Shown in pieces: positions 8,113-16,228 of a stretch of DNA of 40,437 nt (position 1 is its first letter; each line of letters starts with the position of its first letter). This DNA is from Verrucomicrobiota bacterium (lineage in GTDB: Bacteria > Verrucomicrobiota > Kiritimatiellia > UBA8416): contig JABGOW010000487.1 in assembly GCA_018645275.1 (NCBI GenBank), forward strand, positions 1-40,437, written 5' to 3'. The notes under the pieces were generated by a model that made no database searches, was not told the DNA's origin, and saw only the letters and a list, made by a program, of their open reading frames with translations. Both the position numbers and the translations under genes were made by a program.

Positions 8113-8260
8113 TTAAGTGGCTGTTGAAAAAGCCGAGATTCCTCGACTCCGCTCGGAATGACAGTCTTGGGATTATCGACTTTCCTAAGGAATTGTCATG
8201 CTGAGCTTGCCGAAGCATCTCGCCGAAGGCGTCGTAGCGAGTTCTTCAACAGCCACTTAA
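8113..8260. repeat. MITE-like hairpin element, copy 1 of the GTCATxCTGAGC...CGAAGxATC family
   Basis: Perfect 16-bp terminal inverted repeat: TTAAGTGGCTGTTGAA (8113-8128) and TTCAACAGCCACTTAA (8245-8260). Inner inverted arms: gagattcctcgactccgctcggaatgaca (8135-8163) and tgtcatgctgagcttgccgaagcatctc (8194-8221). The TTAA at both ends could be a target-site duplication. Confidence 0.7.
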
Positions 8261-8340
8261 CATCTAACATGTGAAAAGGAACATAGTATGTGACATAAAT
8301 ATTAAGGCGTAGCTCACGGGCAATCAACCCATATATTATA

Positions 8341-8587
8341 TGTGGGTCTTCCGCATAATCTGTGGGTAACAGCAAATCATTTTGACCGCGGATGGGCGCG
8401 GATGGGCACGGATAATGGGAATATTCAATCAAAACCAGTCTTTCAATGCCGTACGGTATCTTGATACGAGAAAAGCAGACCTGATTCGTCGCCTAATTGT
8501 GTCCATTTCTCTCCCTATCCGTGCCCATCCGCGCCCATCCGCGGTTTGATTGTCCTTCGTTGGACCCACACATTCTGCGGAGGAGCC
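8341..8587. repeat. Long inverted repeat with perfect 29-bp core arms and an AT-rich 100-nt loop
   Basis: ccgcggatgggcgcggatgggcacggata (8387-8415) is exactly the reverse complement of tatccgtgcccatccgcgcccatccgcgg (8516-8544). The arms extend imperfectly outward: ccgcataatctgtgggt near 8351-8367 against acccacacattctgcgg near 8564-8580. Each arm contains a tandem GCGGATGGG. Confidence 0.75.
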
Positions 8588-8674
8588 TTATATGTTAAGA
8601 CCCGAGCCCAATAAACCCCGACCCCAATAAGCCCAATAAGCCACTGTCTCCGTTCTTGCGCATAGCCGCGTCGG

Positions 8675-8823
8675 AAATCCCTCGACTTCGCTCGGGACGA
8701 CACTTATCAAAGGGGTTCTGCCATACTGAGGAAACCACCGGCCAACCGGTTGGCTCGTGGGCATAGACTCGCATACGGAAAAAGAGCAGCTACCTGTCAT
8801 CCCGAGCTTGTCGAGGGATCTTT
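8675..8823. repeat. Copy 2 of the GTCATxCTGAGC...CGAAGxATC inverted-pair repeat family
   Basis: aaatccctcgacttcgctcgggacgaca (8675-8702) pairs with tgtcatcccgagcttgtcgagggatcttt (8795-8823). The spacer contains a perfect 14-bp palindrome, GCCAACCGGTTGGC (8741-8754). Confidence 0.65.
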
Positions 8824-9003
8824 GCTCATCCTAAGCGAACTCTCCCATTTTACTTTCTGATGGCTGAATGCGTGTGTCGCGTCGATGGGCATTCACGGCT
8901 TGCTTTTGAGGGGGGCAGCATCTAGCATCGCGCACCGAGTGGTTAAGGGACACAATTTCTGTGTCGATTGTATCTATTACTGAGTTCCGGGGTGGATCGC
9001 GCG

Positions 9004-10452
9004 ATGCTGTATCCGAGCAAAGAAGAATATCTGCGGCTTGCTGAGACGCATGACATCGTACCTGTGTTCAAGGAGGTGCTTGCCGACCTTGAGACTCCGG
9101 TATCGGTGCTGCAGCGTTTTGCGGAGTGCGAGAATGCTTTCCTTCTTGAGAGTATGGAGGGCGGGGAGACATGGGGGCGCTACTCGTTTGTGGGAATCGG
9201 TCCTGAACTTCTGTTTGAGGCGGATCACCGCGACGGGGCGACAGGCGAGCTGGAGAATCTCCGTTCCATTTACAGTGATCTGAAGGTAGCTGAGCTGCCG
9301 GGCCTACCTCGGTTCTTCGGTGGCGTTGTCGGATTTGTTGGTTATGAGGCCATTGGCGAATTCGAACGCATGCCGTCCCCAAAAGCGGGTTCGCAGCGCG
9401 TTGTCCCGCGTAGTCGGTTTCTCAAGGTAGACAAGCTCATCATTTTCGACAATGTGCGGCACACGCTGAAGATCGTGTTCTGTACCCGCCCGAAAGATGC
9501 GGTTTCTGCTGCTGAGGCCTATGAGTCCGCTGAGGTGCAGATTGAAAAGGTGGCGGCATCGCTGCCAGAGCAGCATGCCACCCCTGCGTTGACCTACCCG
9601 GATGTCAGTTTTGAATCGAACATGTCCCGGGATGACTATAAGGCGATGGTGCAGAAGGCGAAGCAGTACATCGTGGACGGCGACATCATTCAGGTGGTTC
9701 TGAGTCAGCGTTTCTCTGCGCAGTCAGAGATTCCGCCTCTGCAGCTCTATCGGGCTTTGCGACTGCTGAATCCCTCTCCCTATACCTATTTTCTCAAGCT
9801 TGGCGATCAGGTTTTGGTGGGATCCTCCCCGGAGATCATGGTTCGACTTACGGGAAGTCGTGTCGAAGTTCGGCCGATTGCCGGTACGCGTCCACGCGGG
9901 GCAACCGAGCAGGAAGACCGCGCCTTGGCCGATGAGCTCCTCTCGGATCAAAAGGAGAAGGCTGAACACGTGATGCTGGTGGATCTTGGGCGCAATGATG
10001 TTGGGCGGATCGCTGAATCTGGCAGTGTTCAGGTCACGGACTACATGGTAATCGAGCGCTACAGCCACGTGATGCACATGGTTTCACACGTCGAAGGCAT
10101 TCTGCGTAAGGAGTTCGATGCCTACGATGTCCTGCGGGCGACTTTTCCTGCTGGCACGCTTTCCGGCGCTCCAAAAATCCGTGCCATGGAGGTTATTCAT
10201 GAGCTGGAGCCCTCGCCACGTGGCGCGTATGGCGGAGCCCTTGGCTACATCAGTTACACCGGCAACATGGATGTTGCGATCACCATTCGGACGCTCGAGG
10301 TCGAAGCGGGTGAGGTCTCGATTCAGGCGGGTGCCGGCATTGTCTACGACTCAGATCCTGATCTCGAGTACGAAGAGACGTGTCACAAGGCACGCGGTAT
10401 GCAGAAAGCCGTTGAAATGGCCGCAAGAGGACTTGAGATTGGGAAAAGCTGA
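9004..10452 (+). CDS. trpE: Anthranilate synthase component I
   Basis: LESMEGGETWGRYSF, IAGTRPRG, HVMLVDLGRNDVGR, GTLSGAPKIRAME and GAGIVYDSDP motifs. I placed the start at ATG 9004 (MLYPSKEEY...) rather than at the ORF-track TTG at 8968. Confidence 0.9.
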   Translation: MLYPSKEEYLRLAETHDIVPVFKEVLADLETPVSVLQRFAECENAFLLESMEGGETWGRYSFVGIGPELLFEADHRDGATGELENLRSIYSDLKVAELPGLPRFFGGVVGFVGYEAIGEFERMPSPKAGSQRVVPRSRFLKVDKLIIFDNVRHTLKIVFCTRPKDAVSAAEAYESAEVQIEKVAASLPEQHATPALTYPDVSFESNMSRDDYKAMVQKAKQYIVDGDIIQVVLSQRFSAQSEIPPLQLYRALRLLNPSPYTYFLKLGDQVLVGSSPEIMVRLTGSRVEVRPIAGTRPRGATEQEDRALADELLSDQKEKAEHVMLVDLGRNDVGRIAESGSVQVTDYMVIERYSHVMHMVSHVEGILRKEFDAYDVLRATFPAGTLSGAPKIRAMEVIHELEPSPRGAYGGALGYISYTGNMDVAITIRTLEVEAGEVSIQAGAGIVYDSDPDLEYEETCHKARGMQKAVEMAARGLEIGKS

Positions 10453-10488
10453 AATTGGGAAAGCTGAAAGCTGAAGTAGAACGTTGCC

Positions 10489-11064
10489 ATGATTATACTC
10501 ATTGATAACTACGATTCGTTTACCTACAACCTGGTGCAGGTCATGATGGGGCAGGGCGCTGAGATCAAGGTGTATCGGAATGATGAAATTACCGTGGATG
10601 AAGTGGTTGCTGCGGAGCCGGAAGGCCTGCTGATTTCGCCGGGGCCGTGTACCCCGAAACAGGCGGGTATTTCCGTGGATCTGATTCAACGGATGAGCGG
10701 TGCACTGCCGATTCTTGGCGTTTGTCTCGGACATCAGAGCATCTGCGCGGCATTCGGCGGTGAGGTGAGCAATGCCAAGAGCATTATGCACGGGAAAACC
10801 TCCATGGTGCACTACGAGGATTCGCCACTCTTTCGTGGAATGAAGAATCCATTTCCGGCAGGGCGATATCACTCGCTGTCCGTGGTGCGCGATGTTTTGC
10901 CTTCTGATCTTATTGTGGATGCGTGGACAGACGACGGCGAAGTCATGGGGATGCACCACGTTGAGCATCCCACATTCGGGGTCCAGTTCCACCCGGAATC
11001 TGTACTGACTCCGAGCGGTAAGAGACTGTTGCGGAACTTTCAGCAGATTGTTGAGAGTGCTTAG
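10489..11064 (+). CDS. trpG: Anthranilate synthase component II (glutamine amidotransferase)
   Basis: MIILIDNYDSFTYNLVQ, the catalytic GVCLGHQ, and FGVQFHPES. Confidence 0.9.
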   Translation: MIILIDNYDSFTYNLVQVMMGQGAEIKVYRNDEITVDEVVAAEPEGLLISPGPCTPKQAGISVDLIQRMSGALPILGVCLGHQSICAAFGGEVSNAKSIMHGKTSMVHYEDSPLFRGMKNPFPAGRYHSLSVVRDVLPSDLIVDAWTDDGEVMGMHHVEHPTFGVQFHPESVLTPSGKRLLRNFQQIVESA

Positions 11065-11178
11065 TGTGGGTTGTCCCGGCGGGCTGTTCGGGTCTCAGGT
11101 CGCAGGAGGAATTGGCCGGGACGGCCAATGCGACATTGGCATTGTGGCTCTTGGATGAGTGAAACGAGGAGTTCCAAA

Positions 11179-12183
11179 ATGAAACAGTTTCTTCAGAAGA
11201 TAACGGCGGGCGAGAATCTCACGCAGGCTGAGATGGTGTCCGCTTTCGATCTGATCATGTCGGGAGATGCGACGCCCGCACAGATTGCGGGATTCATTGT
11301 TGCTCTGCGCATGAAGGGCGAATCGGTTGACGAGATTGCCGGCGGAGCAGAGTCCATGCGGCGTCATGCGGTATTCATTGACTGTACCGGACTCCAGGTT
11401 GTGGACACGTGCGGTACGGGCGGAGACTCCTGCAATACGTTCAATATTTCAACGACGGCGGCGTTCGTTGTAGCCGGTGCCGGCGTGCCTGTTGCGAAGC
11501 ACGGCAACCGTGCCATCACGAGCGCCTGTGGCTCGGCCGATGTCCTAATGGCCCTCGGCGTCAACCTTGAGGTGACCTCTGATGTGGTTGAAGACTGCAT
11601 CCGCGATGTAGGCATCGGATTCATGTATGCGCCGAAGATGCATCCGGCGATGAAGCACGCCATGGGGCCGCGGCGGGAGCTTGGCGTGCGCACCATCTTC
11701 AACATGCTTGGGCCACTGACGAATCCGGCTGGCGCGAAAGGTCAGATCATTGGAGTGTTTTCCCCTGAGCTGACGGAGCCATTTGCCAATGTGCTCAAGC
11801 TCCTTGGTAGCAAGCGCGCCTTTATCGTGCATGGTCAGGACGGTATGGACGAGATTACGACTACAACAACGTCCCGGATTAGCGAGCTCGTGGCGGGCTC
11901 CGTGAAGACCTACGAATTCGACCCCTTGACGTTGATTGAGGACTATGCCGATGCAGCCGACCTGGCCGGAGGGGATCCCGAAGCCAATGCTGGGATCACC
12001 CGCGCTATTCTTGACGGAGAGAAAGGCCCGCGCCGCGATATTGTCTGCCTGAATGCCGGGGCAGCCATTGCCGCAGGAGGCAAAGCGGAGTCGCTGCGTG
12101 AGGGGTGGGTCCTTGCCCAGGACGCAATTGATAGCGGCAGGGCAAGAGCTGCCCTTGACGGACTTGTCGAGGCAACACAGTAG
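11179..12183 (+). CDS. trpD: Anthranilate phosphoribosyltransferase
   Basis: DTCGTGGDS, VAKHGNRAITSACGSADVL and FNMLGPLTNPA. The start is at ATG 11179 (MKQFLQKI...), preceded by GAGGA. The ORF-track 5' extension looks non-coding. Confidence 0.9.
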   Translation: MKQFLQKITAGENLTQAEMVSAFDLIMSGDATPAQIAGFIVALRMKGESVDEIAGGAESMRRHAVFIDCTGLQVVDTCGTGGDSCNTFNISTTAAFVVAGAGVPVAKHGNRAITSACGSADVLMALGVNLEVTSDVVEDCIRDVGIGFMYAPKMHPAMKHAMGPRRELGVRTIFNMLGPLTNPAGAKGQIIGVFSPELTEPFANVLKLLGSKRAFIVHGQDGMDEITTTTTSRISELVAGSVKTYEFDPLTLIEDYADAADLAGGDPEANAGITRAILDGEKGPRRDIVCLNAGAAIAAGGKAESLREGWVLAQDAIDSGRARAALDGLVEATQ

Positions 12184-12190
12184 GGCACCT

Positions 12191-12967
12191 ATGAGCATTC
12201 TTGATGTCATCATGAATGAGCGTCGGGTAGCCGTTGATGCAGCCCGCGCGGAGATCCCTCTCAAGCAGCTCCAGGAGATGGCGTCCGGGCGGCAACACCA
12301 TAGCCTGAAAGCGCGACTTCGCGATATGCCTGGCACGCATATTATCGCCGAGATGAAGAAGGCAAGCCCGTCTGCGGGCGTGATGCAGGATGACTACAAT
12401 CCCGCAGAAATTGCGGCCTGCTATCTCGAAAACGGAGCCGTCGGCATCTCGGTTCTGACCGAGCCTCTCCATTTTCTGGGACGGGGTTCTGACGTGCAGA
12501 CCGTGCGCTCCATCGTGGATCTTCCGATTCTTCGCAAGGACTTCATGTGTCATCCCTACCAGATTGCTGAAGCCGCGGCGTGGGGCGCCGATGTCATTCT
12601 GCTGATTGCGGCGGCATTGCGCGATGACGAGATGCAGCAGCTCTACACGTCGGCGCTTGAAGCCGGGCTGGATGTATTGGCAGAAGTACACACACGCGAG
12701 GAGCTCGATCGGGTGCTGCCGCTCTCCGAGGCCATCGTGGGAGTCAATAGTCGCAATTTGAAGACGCTTACGACGGATCTTGCGGTTGCGCACGAGCTGG
12801 CTGAGTTCATTCCGGAGTCCCGCATTTCTATTGCGGAGAGTGGCATTCGGAACCGTTCTGAGATCGAATCTCTGCAGGCGGTGGGCTATGATGGATTTCT
12901 CATAGGTGAAGCGCTCGTGAGTCATGATGATCCCGGCGGCCGCTTGAAACTGTTGATGGGTGGGTAG
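12191..12967 (+). CDS. trpC: Indole-3-glycerol-phosphate synthase
   Basis: IIAEMKKASPSAG, ISVLTEPLHFLG, LRKDF, GVNSRNLKT and ESGI motifs. The start is at ATG 12191, 8 nt after the trpD stop. Confidence 0.9.
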   Translation: MSILDVIMNERRVAVDAARAEIPLKQLQEMASGRQHHSLKARLRDMPGTHIIAEMKKASPSAGVMQDDYNPAEIAACYLENGAVGISVLTEPLHFLGRGSDVQTVRSIVDLPILRKDFMCHPYQIAEAAAWGADVILLIAAALRDDEMQQLYTSALEAGLDVLAEVHTREELDRVLPLSEAIVGVNSRNLKTLTTDLAVAHELAEFIPESRISIAESGIRNRSEIESLQAVGYDGFLIGEALVSHDDPGGRLKLLMGG

Positions 12968-13032
12968 TGTTGGGGTTAAGTTGGTAGATAAGAATAGATC
13001 TTCTGACATGCGTGACTCCCATGGAGCCTGGG

Positions 13033-13064
13033 CGCCCTCGGCCCGGAAACGCGGCCCGAGGGCG
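13033..13064 (+). other. GC-rich stem-loop in the trpC-trpF gap (possible terminator/processing or REP-like hairpin)
   Basis: cgccctcggcccg (13033-13045) pairs with cggcccgagggcg (13052-13064) at 12 of 13 positions, with loop gaaacg. The flanking ATGGAG (13021-13026) and CTCCAT (13071-13076) extend the stem. No clear U-tract follows. Confidence 0.35.
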
Positions 13065-13109
13065 GGCCACCTCCATTTCTACAATGTCTTGACGCTTGGA
13101 CGTTTGTTT

Positions 13110-13138
13110 TTGGACGTTTAGGTCCTTTAGAATAATAT
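13110..13138 (+). promoter_or_regulatory. Candidate internal sigma-70-type promoter for trpFBA
   Basis: TTGGAC (13110-13115), a 17-nt spacer, then TAATAT (13133-13138), about 45 nt upstream of the trpF start. ttggacgttt is directly repeated (13096-13105 and 13110-13119). Pattern match only. Confidence 0.35.
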
Positions 13139-13184
13139 GTGTGTGGGCAGGCAGACGCCTGCATATGGGGAAAGCGCGGAGACG

Positions 13185-13802
13185 ATGAGCATGAACGTCA
13201 AGATTTGTGGACTTACAAACATTGCAGATGCTCGTGTCGCCCGTGATGCCGGGGCCGACTACTTTGGGTTCATTTTCTACGCGAAATCACCGCGCGCGGT
13301 CTCTCCGGAGCAGGTGGCCCAGATTGTGGGCGAGCTAGGGGATGGTGCTCGGGCGATTGGTGTATTCGTGAACGAACGTCCTGAGCAGATTCGCGAGATT
13401 GTCGCGGCGTGCGGGCTGTATGCAGCCCAAGTGCACGGTGATGAGTTAGCTGAAGACTTTGCCGCCTTGCCGCTGCGTTTGTGGAGGGCGATGCGCATTG
13501 AGGACGGGGTTGCCGTTCCGGACCCTGCTGCCTGGTCTGCAGACTGTTATGTGATTGATGCGGCTGTTCCGGGGCAGTATGGTGGGACCGGTGTAACGGC
13601 TGATTGGCATGCTGCCGCCCGCATTGCGCAGGATCGTCCTGTGCTGCTTGCGGGAGGGCTTCATCCCGGAAATGTCAGAGAGGCAATACGTTGCGTGAGC
13701 CCCATGGGAGTGGATGTTTCCAGTGGCGTTGAATTAGAGCCTGGACGGAAGGATCATGAAGCGGTTCGCCGCTTTATTGCACTGGCGAAGGGCATGGAGT
13801 AG
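13185..13802 (+). CDS. trpF: Phosphoribosylanthranilate isomerase
   Basis: MNVKICGLT..., GADYFGFIF, QVHGDE and LLAGGL. The start is ambiguous between ATG 13185 and ATG 13191. Confidence 0.85.
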   Translation: MSMNVKICGLTNIADARVARDAGADYFGFIFYAKSPRAVSPEQVAQIVGELGDGARAIGVFVNERPEQIREIVAACGLYAAQVHGDELAEDFAALPLRLWRAMRIEDGVAVPDPAAWSADCYVIDAAVPGQYGGTGVTADWHAAARIAQDRPVLLAGGLHPGNVREAIRCVSPMGVDVSSGVELEPGRKDHEAVRRFIALAKGME

Positions 13803-13864
13803 AGGATTTTGGTGATGGTCCGTCGGAGACGAGCATTACCGTTCATTAAGGTTGAGAGAGAAGT

Positions 13865-15061
13865 ATGAGTCAACAGCCGGATACGAAGGGCCATTTTGGT
13901 GTTTTTGGGGGACGTTATGTTGCCGAGACGCTGATGCCGGTTCTCCAGGAAGTCGATGCGGCCTATCGCGAAGCCGCTGCTGATGCCGCGTTCATGGGCG
14001 AGTTCCATGCGATGCTGAAGACATACGTGGGCCGCCCATCGCCGCTCTACTTTGCGCGTAGGCTGACGGAAGCCTGGGGAGGGGCTGATGTCTATCTGAA
14101 GCGTGAGGACTTGAACCACACAGGCGCACACAAGATCAACAATACGCTTGGGCAGGCTCTGCTAGCTAAACGGATGGGAAAAACGAAACTCATGGCGGAG
14201 ACGGGAGCGGGCCAGCATGGAGTCGCAACGGCAACGGTAGCGGCCTTGTTGGGCATGTCCTGCAAAGTCTATATGGGTGAAGAGGATATCGTCCGCCAGG
14301 CTCCCAACGTGAAGCGGATGGAGCTTCTCGGTGCAGAAGTTGTACCGGTGACCAGTGGCACGCGCACCCTGAAGGATGCCATGAGCGAGGCGCTTCGTGC
14401 CTGGGTGGCGGAAGTCGAAGACACGTTTTACGTGATCGGTTCGGTTGCCGGTCCGCATCCCTACCCGATGATGGTTCGTGATTTTCAGCGCATTATCGGA
14501 GATGAAGCGCGTCTCCAGTTTGATGCGGCCGTGGGCGGGAAACCTGATGCTGTCGTTGCGTGTGTGGGTGGTGGCAGCAATGCCGCGGGGATTTTCTGTG
14601 GGTTTGTTGGTGATGCCAATGTGAGGCTGATCGGCGTTGAGGCTGGTGGCTACGGTTTGGACAGCGGGAAGCATGCGGCAAGCATCATTGCCGGACAGCT
14701 TGGGATTTTGCATGGAAGCAAGTCCTACGTGCTCCAGGATGAGAACGGCCAGATTCAGAACGCGCACTCCGTGAGTGCCGGGTTGGACTATCCCGGGGTG
14801 GGACCGGAGCATGCATTATGGGCGGATGAGGGGCGTGCAGAATACCACGCCATTACAGACGATGAGGCTCTGGACGCTTTCCATGAGCTTACGCGACTGG
14901 AGGGCATCCTGCCCGCGTTGGAATCTGCGCATGCCATCGCTGAAGGAAAGAAAATGGCTGCTGAGCTTGGGGCGGGAAAGAGCATTATCGTGAACCTCTC
15001 GGGGCGCGGGGACAAAGACCTCGACAGCGTGTTGAAGATTATGGGGAAGAGCGATGAATAG
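13865..15061 (+). CDS. trpB: Tryptophan synthase beta chain
   Basis: [28 protein letters not shown] (PLP lysine), ETGAGQHG and [10 protein letters not shown]. Confidence 0.95.
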   Translation: MSQQPDTKGHFGVFGGRYVAETLMPVLQEVDAAYREAAADAAFMGEFHAMLKTYVGRPSPLYFARRLTEAWGGADVYLKREDLNHTGAHKINNTLGQALLAKRMGKTKLMAETGAGQHGVATATVAALLGMSCKVYMGEEDIVRQAPNVKRMELLGAEVVPVTSGTRTLKDAMSEALRAWVAEVEDTFYVIGSVAGPHPYPMMVRDFQRIIGDEARLQFDAAVGGKPDAVVACVGGGSNAAGIFCGFVGDANVRLIGVEAGGYGLDSGKHAASIIAGQLGILHGSKSYVLQDENGQIQNAHSVSAGLDYPGVGPEHALWADEGRAEYHAITDDEALDAFHELTRLEGILPALESAHAIAEGKKMAAELGAGKSIIVNLSGRGDKDLDSVLKIMGKSDE

Positions 15062-15830
15062 GATCGATACGACCTTTGCCAAATTGAAATCCGAGGGCCG
15101 CAAGGGGTTGGTTGGCTTTTTGACGGTGGGCGATCCCAGCCTTGAGCAGTCGGAGCGTGACATTCGTACCGCTTTGGATGCAGGTGTGGATGTACTGGAA
15201 CTCGGTGTGCCTTTCTCGGATCCAACGGCGGATGGCCCCACGATTCAGGCTGCATCCTTCCGGGCATTGCAGGCGGGGGTCACGTTGAACGATGTCCTCG
15301 CTCTCGTGGGGCGTATTCGCGCCGATTACGAGACGCCCATTGTGCTGTTTGGATATGCGAACCTCCTGTTTCGATACGGCTATGAATTGCTTTGTGCCGA
15401 TGCGGCTGCAGTCGGGGTTGATGGGTTGCTTGTGGTTGATCTCCCATTTGAGGAAGCGGGCGAGATTCGTCAGCACATGGATGGGGCGGGGTTGCACTTT
15501 ATCTCGCTCGTCGCGCCGACAACGCCTCCCGCTCGCCAGAAGCTTATTCTCTCCGATGCCAAGGGATTCGTCTACTACATCATGGTGACCGGCGTGACGG
15601 GCGCTCGCGCTGCCGTAGCCTCAGATATTGGTGATCACCTGACCGAACTGCGAGAAGCCACAGATTTACCCATTGCCGTTGGTTTTGGTGTCAGTAGTGG
15701 CGTGCAAGCCAAGGCTGCTGCGGAGCATGCTGACGCTGTTGTCGTAGGGAGTGCTCTGATTTCGGCAGCGCGCGATGGGCGGCTTGAGTCTCTCGTTTGC
15801 GAGATTCGGGCGGCGCTGGACAAGGAATAG
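15054..15830 (+). CDS. trpA: Tryptophan synthase alpha chain
   Basis: [28 protein letters not shown] and GFGVS. It overlaps the trpB stop by 8 nt. Confidence 0.9.
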   Translation: MNRIDTTFAKLKSEGRKGLVGFLTVGDPSLEQSERDIRTALDAGVDVLELGVPFSDPTADGPTIQAASFRALQAGVTLNDVLALVGRIRADYETPIVLFGYANLLFRYGYELLCADAAAVGVDGLLVVDLPFEEAGEIRQHMDGAGLHFISLVAPTTPPARQKLILSDAKGFVYYIMVTGVTGARAAVASDIGDHLTELREATDLPIAVGFGVSSGVQAKAAAEHADAVVVGSALISAARDGRLESLVCEIRAALDKE

Positions 15831-15835
15831 CAGCG

Positions 15836-16228
15836 ATGTCGAAGCAGTACCAGTGCACCATCTTCGTTCCGTACGCGGATATTGACGCCATGGGTATCGT
15901 CTACTATGCCAACTACCTCGTCTATTTCGAGGTGGCGCGCGCCGCACTACTGCGGGAAGTTGGGCTGCCCTACGGCGAGATGGAGGCGGCAGGAGTCATG
16001 CTTCCCGTTGTGGAGTCGCACTGCGAGTACAAGAAATCGGCCCACTACGATGACGAGCTTGTTGTCTACTCCACCTGTCTGCCGTTCAAAGGGCCCCGCC
16101 TCAGGATTGAGTACGAAGTGCGCCGTGGACGCGATCTGATTGCAACCGGGTATACGCACCACGTCTGCATGAGTCCCGACGGAAAAGTACTCAGGCCCAC
16201 CCCCGAGCTGGTGTCATTGTGTCAGTAG
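15836..16228 (+). CDS. Acyl-CoA thioesterase, 4HBT/YbgC family
   Basis: About 130 aa hot-dog fold pattern: VPYADIDAMGIVYYANYLVYFEVAR... I placed the start at ATG 15836, 3 nt after the trpA stop. Confidence 0.8.
   Translation: MSKQYQCTIFVPYADIDAMGIVYYANYLVYFEVARAALLREVGLPYGEMEAAGVMLPVVESHCEYKKSAHYDDELVVYSTCLPFKGPRLRIEYEVRRGRDLIATGYTHHVCMSPDGKVLRPTPELVSLCQ

Noticed and set aside
8824-9003. Possible trp attenuator, leader peptide or T-box upstream of trpE
   Set aside because: The only small ORF (MAECVCRVDGHSRLAF, about 8861-8911) has no Trp codons. I could not identify alternative terminator/antiterminator hairpins with a U-tract, a T-box specifier structure, or (G/U)AG TRAP repeats.
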